Positions 16,232 to 24,192 of a stretch of 32,000 nucleotides of DNA are shown here, in pieces. Numbering within the stretch: the stretch's first letter is position 1; every line of letters starts with the position of its first letter. The stretch covers positions 78,384 to 110,383 of the forward strand of contig DASRRI010000103.1 in assembly GCA_035695765.1 (NCBI GenBank), read 5' to 3'. The notes beneath the pieces are model-generated. The model was given only the letters and a program-made list of their open reading frames with translations. It had not been told where the DNA came from and did not search any database. The position numbers were made by a program, and so were the translations under genes. Source of the stretch: Dongiaceae bacterium. GTDB taxonomy: Bacteria; Pseudomonadota; Alphaproteobacteria; Dongiales; Dongiaceae.

Positions 16232-19200
16232 CTAGGCACTCAGGTTCAAGCGGGCCGATTTCAGAAGTGGCTGGATGAGCGCCCTTATTGCGGGCGACGG
16301 AGCTTCTCCACCAGCTGCTCTCAGCGTCCGTTCGTATCGCGAGTAATCGTCGATAGCGCCGGCCACATCGCCCTCCGCGAGACGTGCCTGGATGAGGGCC
16401 AGCGAGATCCGCGCTGATTCAGGATAAGATTCAAGCGCGCGCAAATAATTGTTGCGCGCCGATGTCCGATCATTCTGCGCTTCGCACTGCTTGCCGAGGC
16501 GGATGGCCAGCTCGACAAATTCGTCGCGCAGCCGTTCGGCAATGGGCAGCGACCAGGTCCCTGCCTGCCCGTGAAGCCGCAGCGGACCGGGGAAGCTGAG
16601 GAACAGCCGCTCCACTTCGAGCTGCGCGGCGTAGTTGGCACTTGTGCTTGGAAGTTGCTTCAGGCGGCTTTCCCAATCGGCAAGGTCGACCCAGACCTTA
16701 TCGAGCACCAGCCGCAGCCTGCCTTCGCGCTGCACGATCAGGTCCGCGGCACCCAGCAGCCTGCGCAGGCGATGGAGTGCCTGGTCACAGGCGGCCTTCG
16801 CCTGATCGCCGTCGAGATCCGGCCAAAGCGTGTCCTGCAACGTCTCGAGCGAACAGGCATGATCCTTCGAGATCGCCAGCAAGCGCAGGATGTCGAGGGC
16901 ACGGGTCGGCGGCTTGGTGCCGAGGTCGAGGATCTCGCCGTTACGTTCGATCCGGAACTCGCTCAGCACATGCACCTTGAGCGCCCACGGCCAGCTGGCG
17001 GGACGCCGCTCCGGCACCGCCAGATGACGTTCCGCGATCATGGAGCGGCAGAACTCCACCTCGATGTCCTGATCAAGCGCGTCGGCCAGCAATTCGGCCA
17101 GCAGGTCCGGCAGGTTGAGGAGCACGCCCGGCCAGTTCACCGCCCTGAGATCAGCCGCGAAGGCGCGCAGGTGATCGAGATACGTCGCCGCGTCCCTCTC
17201 CCACTTTGCGCCGAGCGCCTCCGCCGCGCGGATGCAGAGAGTCGTGCGGTCATGCATGCCGCCTTCGAGGCGGGGAAGCAGATCAGCCAACAAGGCGGCG
17301 GCGTCCTTCGGCCGATGGTCGGCCAGCAGCACCTGGTATTTGGTGACGTAATGCGGCCAGCGTTCCAGGATCGGCTCGTTCGCGGCTTCGATCGAAGCCA
17401 TGAACCGGTCGCAGTCCCGGTAGGCCTCCGCAAAGTTCCGCTGCCTGGTATGCAGCGCAGCGCGGCAATCCGCGACTACGCCGACCTGGGTGGAATAGCG
17501 GCTGTCCGCTATCTCGGAAAGTCGCGCGACCAGCCGCGCGAACTCGGTGAAGTCGTTGCGCAATTTCATCAGCAGCTGCAAATGATAGAGCGCGCCGAAC
17601 TCCACGCCGTGAAGCGACTGGCTCTCGCCGATCTCGATTGCCGCGCGCAGCGCATGCTCGGCGGAGCTGTAGGGAAATCCGCGCCGCGAATAGTGGAAAT
17701 AGCGGCTGCTGCCCGCCCCGAAGCAGACCAGCCACATGCCGAGCGCCCAGGGCGAAGCTGCGGGATCGCGCAGATCGTCGATCACGCTGTCGATCGCCTG
17801 CTCAAAGAAGTCAGCGCGACCGATCGAGATAGCGCGCTCCATCATCGTTTCGCTCGCCAGCAGGCGCAGCGCTGTCGATTCGCCGTCCGACCGGCGCGAC
17901 AATCGGTCAAGCAGCTTGAGTGTAAGGGCATCGCCGGAGGATTTTCCGCTCCAATCCTCGTTGGTGAAATCGAGGGAACGGACGATCGCGGTCCAGACCA
18001 GCAGCTCTTCCTCAGGCGGTAGTTCAGGAAGCCCTTGATCGAGCCGTTGCCAGGCGCGCTGCGTCCAGGTTGCCAGCCCTTCATGGGTGCGCCAGCTGCC
18101 GGTTTTCACCAGGACAGCGCGCGCAAAGGTCAGGCACTGGCCGCGCACATCTGCGTTCTGGTCGAATGCGGCCCAGGCGCGCGCGAAGCAGCGCTCCGCC
18201 GCCGCATCGTCGGGCATATGGGCGACGCCGAGCCAGTAGAACAGCCATGCGTCCATCTCGGCCGCGGGCAGCTTGCCGCACCATTCGATGAAGGTCGTGC
18301 GCCGGCCTTGTGCGATAGCCGGCGCCGCGCGCTCCAGGATGAGGTCGCGGGCAAGCGGCCACGCTTCGGCCTGCAGAGCCAAAATGACGGCTTCGTCCAT
18401 GCGGCCGGCCGCGCGCAGGATGGTTGCTGCCCGCTCGCGCAGCCGCGCTCGATCCGCCGGCGGTGAATCCATCATCAGCCGGTAATCCAGGAATTCGCGC
18501 AGCAGAGCGTGCAGCTGGAACACGTCGCGATTGGATTCCACCCGGCTGATCAGCAGCTGATTCTGGTAGAGGCGTTCGAGCAGGCGGGTTCCTTCGCCGG
18601 AGCCAATCATGGCATTGGCCAAGTCGGAGCTGATCTCTGGCAGCAGGTTGAGCTCCAGCAGCATGTTCTGGTCGGCGCTCGGCAAGGTGTAGAAGAAATG
18701 CCGGCCGAGAACATCGAACAAGGCATGCTGGCCGCCGGATGCGTCATCGTTGCCGGCCGGCTTGACCGCAGCGCCCCGCTCCGCCAGCAGCACCAGGCCC
18801 ACCGCCCAGCCGCGCGCCGTGGCGACATCGGTCGCCCCGCCGCGTTTCGATCGCAATGCGACCAGATTGCGCGCTTCGGCGTCCGAAAAGACGATCGCAG
18901 ACTGGTCGATGACGATGATCTGGCCGCGCAGGGCAAGGTCGCTTAATTCCTCCTGCGGCAAGCTGCGGGACATGCAGACGCAACGGATGCCATCCGGCAA
19001 CTCGTGCAGCATCACCGCCAGCATGCCGCGGAAATCAGCGCTGTCTGCGTAATGAAGATCGTCGAAAGCCAGCACCGTTCCCGGTTCGAGATGCTCGAAA
19101 TAGGCCCGGAAGAAGCGGCGGGCGAATTCGCGCGGCCGATCCGCATACTCCGCGCTGAAGACCGGCATGCGGTCCACGGCCTTCGCCGAGCGCAGGGAAC

Positions 19201-19444
19201 GGGCCAGATAGTGATAGAAACGCGCGATGTCCTGGTCGCCTTCGTCGACCCGGAACCAGACGTAGGGCGCGCCAACATTGTGCAAGTAGTCGACCAGGGC
19301 GGTGGTCTTGCCGTAGCCAGCCGGCGCAGCGAGCCAGCACACTCCGGCGCGCAGAGCGTCATCGATCAACTCCTGGACACGCGGCCGGGGAACGATCCTG
19401 GCCTGGCGCGGCGCCGAGAGTTTGGCGACGAAGCGAGGACTCAC
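16232..19444 (-). CDS. MalT-like STAND ATPase with C-terminal OmpR-type winged-helix + BTAD (SARP-like) transcriptional output
   Basis: GTG start with GGGGGAG 7 nt upstream. Walker A is LAAPAGYGKTT and Walker B is VLAFDDLHYAD, with a MalT-like N-terminus (KLSAPRQARIVPRPRV). A long helical/TPR-like middle section follows. The C-terminus has ALKVHVLSEFRIERNGEILDLGTKPPTRALDILRLLA...LHRLRRLL (wHTH), then a BTAD-like helical region. Confidence 0.85.
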   Translation of the reverse strand: MSPRFVAKLSAPRQARIVPRPRVQELIDDALRAGVCWLAAPAGYGKTTALVDYLHNVGAPYVWFRVDEGDQDIARFYHYLARSLRSAKAVDRMPVFSAEYADRPREFARRFFRAYFEHLEPGTVLAFDDLHYADSADFRGMLAVMLHELPDGIRCVCMSRSLPQEELSDLALRGQIIVIDQSAIVFSDAEARNLVALRSKRGGATDVATARGWAVGLVLLAERGAAVKPAGNDDASGGQHALFDVLGRHFFYTLPSADQNMLLELNLLPEISSDLANAMIGSGEGTRLLERLYQNQLLISRVESNRDVFQLHALLREFLDYRLMMDSPPADRARLRERAATILRAAGRMDEAVILALQAEAWPLARDLILERAAPAIAQGRRTTFIEWCGKLPAAEMDAWLFYWLGVAHMPDDAAAERCFARAWAAFDQNADVRGQCLTFARAVLVKTGSWRTHEGLATWTQRAWQRLDQGLPELPPEEELLVWTAIVRSLDFTNEDWSGKSSGDALTLKLLDRLSRRSDGESTALRLLASETMMERAISIGRADFFEQAIDSVIDDLRDPAASPWALGMWLVCFGAGSSRYFHYSRRGFPYSSAEHALRAAIEIGESQSLHGVEFGALYHLQLLMKLRNDFTEFARLVARLSEIADSRYSTQVGVVADCRAALHTRQRNFAEAYRDCDRFMASIEAANEPILERWPHYVTKYQVLLADHRPKDAAALLADLLPRLEGGMHDRTTLCIRAAEALGAKWERDAATYLDHLRAFAADLRAVNWPGVLLNLPDLLAELLADALDQDIEVEFCRSMIAERHLAVPERRPASWPWALKVHVLSEFRIERNGEILDLGTKPPTRALDILRLLAISKDHACSLETLQDTLWPDLDGDQAKAACDQALHRLRRLLGAADLIVQREGRLRLVLDKVWVDLADWESRLKQLPSTSANYAAQLEVERLFLSFPGPLRLHGQAGTWSLPIAERLRDEFVELAIRLGKQCEAQNDRTSARNNYLRALESYPESARISLALIQARLAEGDVAGAIDDYSRYERTLRAAGGEAPSPAIRALIQPLLKSARLNLSA

Positions 19445-19536
19445 CTGGCGGCTCCCCCTTGATTCGATACGCCGTCGATCGATCCCTATTCAGCAGAGTC
19501 GCCGCCGGCTTGCAATCGCAACAGCGCGTCACGTCA

Positions 19537-19549
19537 AGGGCACTGCCCT
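19537..19549. promoter_or_regulatory. Palindrome AGGGCAcTGCCCT upstream of the STAND regulator gene
   Basis: Perfect 6-bp arms with a 1-nt centre, which is too tight for an RNA hairpin and so is more likely a protein-binding site. It lies 93-105 bp upstream of the GTG at 19444. A CGTCACGTCA direct repeat is adjacent. Confidence 0.3.
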
Positions 19550-19691
19550 GAGTTGCCATATGTTGATATCGGAGTGTGTCATTGACGCCAACGGCACACG
19601 TCACAGGCCTGACAAACAGCAGATTTGACGGAGATCAGTATGCAGGGGGGCGGACTGAATGCCTGTGTCTGCTCTGTTCCGCCAGGCGCCC

Positions 19692-20570
19692 CTATGCGCC
19701 GAACCGCGGCTCCGGCACGCCGCGGATGCCAAGGCCGTGGATCGCGAACAGGCTGCCGCGCAGCACCCCGTCGCTGGGGAAGCGCGGCAGCGGCGGCTTG
19801 GCCATCGAGGTCACGTATAGGACGTCGAGATCGGGACCGCCGAACATGACACTCGTCACCTTTTTGACCGGCATCTCGATCACGCGGTCAACCTGTCCAT
19901 CGGGCCGGTAGCGGACGAGTTTTGCGTCATAGACCTGGGCATTCCACAGGCAGCCTTCGGAATCGACGGTCGAGCCATCCGCCGCGCCGCCGCGGCTGGT
20001 GTCGAGCTTGGCGAAGGTGCGGCGATTGGAGACTGTGCCATTCTCGATGTCGTAGTCATAGGCCCAGATCTCGCCCGACCAGGAATCGGCGAAATAGAAG
20101 GTCTTGTCATCCGGGCTCCAGCACGGGCCGTTGGAGACAATGATGCCGCTATCGAGCTTGGTCACCTTGAAATCCGGATCGAGGCGGTAGAGCGAACCGT
20201 TAGGCCCGGACTCCATCGTATCCATCGAGCCGGCGATGAAGCGGCCGCGCCGGTCGACCTTGCCGTCATTGAGACGGATGGCGGGATTGTCGCCGATCGG
20301 ATTGTGGATGAGCGCGCACTCGCCGGTCTTGAAATCGAGCGCATGAAATCCGTTCTGCAGCGAGCAGATCGCACCGTTGCCGTCCTTGCGCAAGGCCATC
20401 GATCCGATCTTGCCCGGGACATCCCAGGCCCGGATCTCGCGGCCGTCGGCCGTGCAGCGGAAGACGTTGCAGCCGAAGCTGTCGATCCAATAGAGGCGCT
20501 GCTGCTCGACATCCCAGAGCGGTCCTTCACCGAGGATCGTCTTCACGTCGACCACGACTTCGATGCGCAT
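19692..20570 (-). CDS. SMP-30/gluconolactonase/LRE-family lactonase (paralog A)
   Basis: Six-bladed-propeller family motifs are present: GEGPLWD, RLNDGKVDRRGRF, SNGPCWSPD and ADGSTVDSEG (E/N/N/D metal ligands). GGGGAGA SD. Confidence 0.9.
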   Translation of the reverse strand: MRIEVVVDVKTILGEGPLWDVEQQRLYWIDSFGCNVFRCTADGREIRAWDVPGKIGSMALRKDGNGAICSLQNGFHALDFKTGECALIHNPIGDNPAIRLNDGKVDRRGRFIAGSMDTMESGPNGSLYRLDPDFKVTKLDSGIIVSNGPCWSPDDKTFYFADSWSGEIWAYDYDIENGTVSNRRTFAKLDTSRGGAADGSTVDSEGCLWNAQVYDAKLVRYRPDGQVDRVIEMPVKKVTSVMFGGPDLDVLYVTSMAKPPLPRFPSDGVLRGSLFAIHGLGIRGVPEPRFGA

Positions 20571-20584
20571 GGTGGTGTCTCCCC

Positions 20585-21460
20585 TTATCCTCTGAAGCGC
20601 GGTTCCGGCAGGCCGCGCACGCCTAAACCATGGATCGCGAACAGCATTCCGCCCTCGCGCTCGCGCGGATAGCGACCCTTGAACGGCCGCGCCATCGAGG
20701 TGACGAACGCGATGTCGAGATTGGGCCCGCCGAACATGATGCTGGTGGTGGAGAAGACCGGCAGTCCGACCAGGCGGTCGATCACGCCATCCGGGTTGAA
20801 TCGGACAAGGCGGCCGGCATAGACCTCGACGCTCCAGACGTAGCCTTCTTCATCGACGGTCGCACCGTCGGGATAGCCTTGCAGCCCCTCGAACGTGGCG
20901 AACACGCGCTTCGATTTCACATCGCCGGTCGCGACGTCGTAATCGTAGGCGAAGATCGCGCGCGTAGACCCGCCGTCCGCGAAATAGAAAATCTTGCCGT
21001 CCGGGCTCCAGCATGGGCCGTTGGAGCAGACGATATCCTTGTCCAAAGTGGTCAGCGTGAGATCGGGATCGAGGCGGAACAGCTTCCCGACCGGCTCGCC
21101 CTCCGCGTAATCCATCGAACCGGCGACGAAGCGTCCCTGCCGGTCCACCTTACCGTCATTGAGGCGCGGCCGCAGTTCGCCCGGCTGGGTTTCGTTGATG
21201 CGCGTGACGGCCCCGCTCTCGAAATCGAGGAAATGGAAGCCGCTGCGGAGGGCAAGCACAGCACCGCCTTTTTCTCGGAGAGCCATGGAGCCGATCGGCT
21301 CCGGCACTGTCCAGCTCTTGCGGTCACCACCTTTGAGGTCGGCGCGATGCACGGCGGGCGCATACGAATCGATCCAGTAGAGCCGCTGCTCCTTGACGTC
21401 CCAGAGCGGACCTTCGCCCAGGGAATCCTTCTGCTCGCTGAAGACCTCGATCCGCAGCAT
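20585..21460 (-). CDS. SMP-30/gluconolactonase/LRE-family lactonase (paralog B)
   Basis: The same motif set is present (GEGPLWD, RLNDGKVDRQGRF, SNGPCWSPD, PDGATVDEEG). The start is set at the ATG at 21460 with a GGGAGAGG SD. Confidence 0.9.
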   Translation of the reverse strand: MLRIEVFSEQKDSLGEGPLWDVKEQRLYWIDSYAPAVHRADLKGGDRKSWTVPEPIGSMALREKGGAVLALRSGFHFLDFESGAVTRINETQPGELRPRLNDGKVDRQGRFVAGSMDYAEGEPVGKLFRLDPDLTLTTLDKDIVCSNGPCWSPDGKIFYFADGGSTRAIFAYDYDVATGDVKSKRVFATFEGLQGYPDGATVDEEGYVWSVEVYAGRLVRFNPDGVIDRLVGLPVFSTTSIMFGGPNLDIAFVTSMARPFKGRYPREREGGMLFAIHGLGVRGLPEPRFRG

Positions 21461-21476
21461 GACGCCTCTCCCGCGT

Positions 21477-22409
21477 CTAGAAATCGACCTTGTCCGCACC
21501 CTTGAGGCTCAGGATCTCGCGCGCCTCGTCCGGTGTTGCGACGTCGAGATTGAGACCTTCGATGATCTGCCGCGCGAGCCGCACCTGCTCGGCATTCGAT
21601 GCGGCCAGCCTGCCCGGCCCCGCCCACAGCGAATCTTCGAGACCGACGCGAACGTTGCCACCATTGGCGGCGGCCATGGCCGCAATCTGCATCTGGGCGC
21701 GGCCGGCCCCCAACACCGACCAGTGATACCGATCGCCGAACAGCCGGTCGGCCGTGCGCTTCATATGCATCACGTCTTCCGGATGCGAACCGATGCCGCC
21801 GAGGATTCCGAACACGGTCTGAACGAACAAAGGCGGCTTGACGAGGCCGCGCTCCAGGAAGTGATGCAGGTTGTAGAGGTGCGAGGTGTCGTAGCACTCG
21901 AACTCGAACCTGGTTCCGGCACTGCCCAGGGTGGTCAGCACATGCTCGATATCCTTGAAGGTGTTGCGGAAGACGGCATCGCGCGAGCCTTCCAGATGCG
22001 CGCGCTCCCACTCATGCTTGAACTCCTTGAAGCGGTTCAGCATGGGGAACAGGCCGAAATTCATCGAGCCCATGTTCAGCGATGCAACTTCGGGCTCGAA
22101 CTTCGCAGCCGGAGCAAGGCGCTGCTCCAGGGTCATGCCTTGCCCGCCGCCGGTCGTGATGTTCACCACGCAGGCCGAGCGCTGCTTGATGACTTTCAGG
22201 AACGGCTCGAACGCTTGCGGGCTCTGATCCGGCCTGCCGTCCTCCGGGTTGCGCGCGTGCAGATGCACGATCGCGGCGCCTGCCTCGGCCGCGCCAATGG
22301 CCGCATCGGCGATCTCCTGCCCGGTCACCGGCAGATGCGGTGACATGGAGGGCGTATGGATCGAGCCGGTGACAGCGCAGGTGATGATGACTTTGCGTTT
22401 CTGAGCCAT
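21477..22409 (-). CDS. BKACE-family beta-keto acid cleavage enzyme (DUF849, 3-keto-5-aminohexanoate cleavage enzyme family)
   Basis: From the ATG at 22409 the protein reads MAQKRKVIITCAVTGSIHTP...TGQEIADAAIGAAEAGAAIVHLHARNPEDGRP. This is the family's TIM-barrel N-terminus with the HxH zinc motif. The ORF-track extension to 22970 overlaps the upstream gene. Confidence 0.85.
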   Translation of the reverse strand: MAQKRKVIITCAVTGSIHTPSMSPHLPVTGQEIADAAIGAAEAGAAIVHLHARNPEDGRPDQSPQAFEPFLKVIKQRSACVVNITTGGGQGMTLEQRLAPAAKFEPEVASLNMGSMNFGLFPMLNRFKEFKHEWERAHLEGSRDAVFRNTFKDIEHVLTTLGSAGTRFEFECYDTSHLYNLHHFLERGLVKPPLFVQTVFGILGGIGSHPEDVMHMKRTADRLFGDRYHWSVLGAGRAQMQIAAMAAANGGNVRVGLEDSLWAGPGRLAASNAEQVRLARQIIEGLNLDVATPDEAREILSLKGADKVDF

Positions 22410-22423
22410 GGGAATTCTCTTTT

Positions 22424-23371
22424 CTATGATCCGATTTCGCGCGCCGCTTTGCGCTTGTGCGCCGCCAGCGCCATCAGGCGGCGGTCGCGCCACGTCTGCC
22501 GGCGTTGCAGATCTGCTTCCGGCAGCCTGGCGCGGCGGTCGCGCTCGACCGTCTCGATCACCTCGCCGGCCCAATCGACGCGCCGCTGCATGGAGGGGAA
22601 GAGGCGCGTATAGATCTGCTGATAGCGCGTGACATAATCCCGGACACCCAGAGGCGCGTTGAGGTCTATGGTCTCGAACGGGCCCATGAAGGACCAGCGC
22701 AAGGCCAATCCTTCGCGCAGCCCGATATCGACGTCCTCCACCGAAGCATAGCCATCGGCCACCAGGCGGAACGCCTCTTCCAGCAGGGCGCCCTGCAAGC
22801 GGTTCATGACGAAGCCGTCGATCTCGCGCTTCATCACGATCGGCGCCTGGCCGGCTGTGCTCATCAGCACGCGCGTGCGTTCCACGATCGCCGGATCGGT
22901 CCAGGGCGCCGGGACGATCTCTACCGCCGGAATGAGGTAAGGCGGATTGATCGGATGCACGACCAGGCACCTCTTTCGGCCAGCGAGCCCCTCGGTGAAG
23001 CGCGACGGCAGCAATGCGGAAGTGGAGCTGGCCAGCACCGCATCGGGCGTGGCGGCCTGATCCAGCTTGGCGAAGATTTGCTTCTTGGTTTCGAGCTCCT
23101 CCGGCGTGTTCTCCTGCACGTGAACGGCGCCCGCCAAAGCATCGGACAGGGTGTCGGCCACTTTCAGCCTGGCGGCAACGTCACTGATGCTTTGACCGCC
23201 CAGCAAATCTTCAGCCGCCAGGGCCGGTAGCGCGGAGATCGCGAACTCCGCCGCCCTGCTGGCCGCACCGGCGACCTCGTCGTAGATTCGTACTTCGTGT
23301 CCGCCGCGCGCGAACGCGATGGCCCAGGCGCGGCCGATCAACCCAGCTCCTACAATGGCGATGACTGCCAT
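22424..23371 (-). CDS. 3-hydroxyacyl-CoA-dehydrogenase-fold enzyme, lambda-crystallin/L-gulonate 3-dehydrogenase-like
   Basis: Rossmann segment IAIVGAGLIGRAWAIAFARGGHEV. Blocks HVQENTPEELETKKQIF, SSTSALLPS, CLVVHPINPPYLIPAVEIVP, IDGFVMNRLQ, LRWSFMGPFETIDLNAP and a C-terminal RRQTWRDRRLMAL resemble CRYL1 more than carnitine dehydrogenase, from memory. Confidence 0.8.
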   Translation of the reverse strand: MAVIAIVGAGLIGRAWAIAFARGGHEVRIYDEVAGAASRAAEFAISALPALAAEDLLGGQSISDVAARLKVADTLSDALAGAVHVQENTPEELETKKQIFAKLDQAATPDAVLASSTSALLPSRFTEGLAGRKRCLVVHPINPPYLIPAVEIVPAPWTDPAIVERTRVLMSTAGQAPIVMKREIDGFVMNRLQGALLEEAFRLVADGYASVEDVDIGLREGLALRWSFMGPFETIDLNAPLGVRDYVTRYQQIYTRLFPSMQRRVDWAGEVIETVERDRRARLPEADLQRRQTWRDRRLMALAAHKRKAAREIGS

Positions 23372-23382
23372 GTCATATGCTC

Positions 23383-24183
23383 CTAAAGCGTCTCCACATT
23401 GCCGTCGACCCCGAGCGACTGGCCGGACAGATTGTCGCCCATCGGCGAGAGCAGGAACAGCACCATTGCAGCGACGTCGTGGGGACTCACCATGCGGCGC
23501 AGCGAGACCTTCTCCAGATACTGCCTCTCCATGTCGTCATAGGAGATGCCGAGCTGCCCCGCGCGGGCACGGATCACCGATTCAATGCGCGGCCCTTCGA
23601 CGATGCCCGGCAGGATGGCGTTGACGCGGATATTATGCGGCCCGAGCTCCTTGGCGAGGCTCTGGGTGAAGCCGACCACGCCGAACTTCGCGGCGGAATA
23701 CGGCGTGCGGAACGCATAGCCGTGCCGGCCCGCTGCAGACGACATGTTGACGATCGCGCCGCCACCTGCCTGCTTGATCAACGGGACGGCGTGATGGGCG
23801 CACAGGAACTGGCCGGTCAGGCAGATGTCGATGCAGCGCCGCCAATCCTCTGGGGTGATCTCTTCCACCGCGCCAGTTGGACCCGCGATGCCGGCATTAT
23901 TGACGAGCGCATCGAGGCCACCGAGCGAGCTCGCGATCTCCTTGAAGACGCGCGCGACGTCCGCCTCTTTCGACACATCCGCGAGAGTCGCGCCGTGCTG
24001 TGGGTACTGTTTCTTGAAATTGTCGAGGAAATCCTGTGAGACATCGCAGATATGGACCTTGGCACCGTGCAGGATCAGCATGTCGGCGATCGCACGGCCG
24101 ATGCCGGACGCGCCGGCGGAAATGAAGACGCGCAAACCTGGCTTCAGCCCCTCTACGATCTTGCGGCCCACTGGTGTTGCCAT
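23383..24183 (-). CDS. Short-chain dehydrogenase/reductase (SDR)
   Basis: Cofactor motif ISAGASGIGRAI, NNAG, and the catalytic YSAAK. AGGAGAAGGA SD. Confidence 0.9.
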   Translation of the reverse strand: MATPVGRKIVEGLKPGLRVFISAGASGIGRAIADMLILHGAKVHICDVSQDFLDNFKKQYPQHGATLADVSKEADVARVFKEIASSLGGLDALVNNAGIAGPTGAVEEITPEDWRRCIDICLTGQFLCAHHAVPLIKQAGGGAIVNMSSAAGRHGYAFRTPYSAAKFGVVGFTQSLAKELGPHNIRVNAILPGIVEGPRIESVIRARAGQLGISYDDMERQYLEKVSLRRMVSPHDVAAMVLFLLSPMGDNLSGQSLGVDGNVETL

Positions 24184-24192
24184 ATCCTTCTC

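Noticed and set aside
16571-18022. 483-aa plus-strand ORF antisense to the STAND regulator
   Set aside because: It has no recognisable motifs and an extreme Arg/Ala/Gly/Pro composition. It is fully embedded antisense in a gene with clear domain signatures. Long antisense ORFs are expected at this GC content.
13911-19444. Reading the STAND ATPase + protease pair as an Avs/NLR-like anti-phage defence system
   Set aside because: The STAND protein ends in a DNA-binding wHTH+BTAD module rather than a nuclease, protease or TIR effector. The two genes are convergent, not co-operonic. No other defence genes, mobility genes or compositional shift are visible. I have kept it only as a low-priority co-occurrence test.
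22410-22970. 187-codon N-terminal extension of the BKACE ORF (ORF-track 21477..22970)
   Set aside because: It overlaps the 3' part of the dehydrogenase gene and has an Arg/Ala/Gly/Pro-biased composition. BKACE similarity starts at MAQKRKVIITCAVTG (ATG at 22409).
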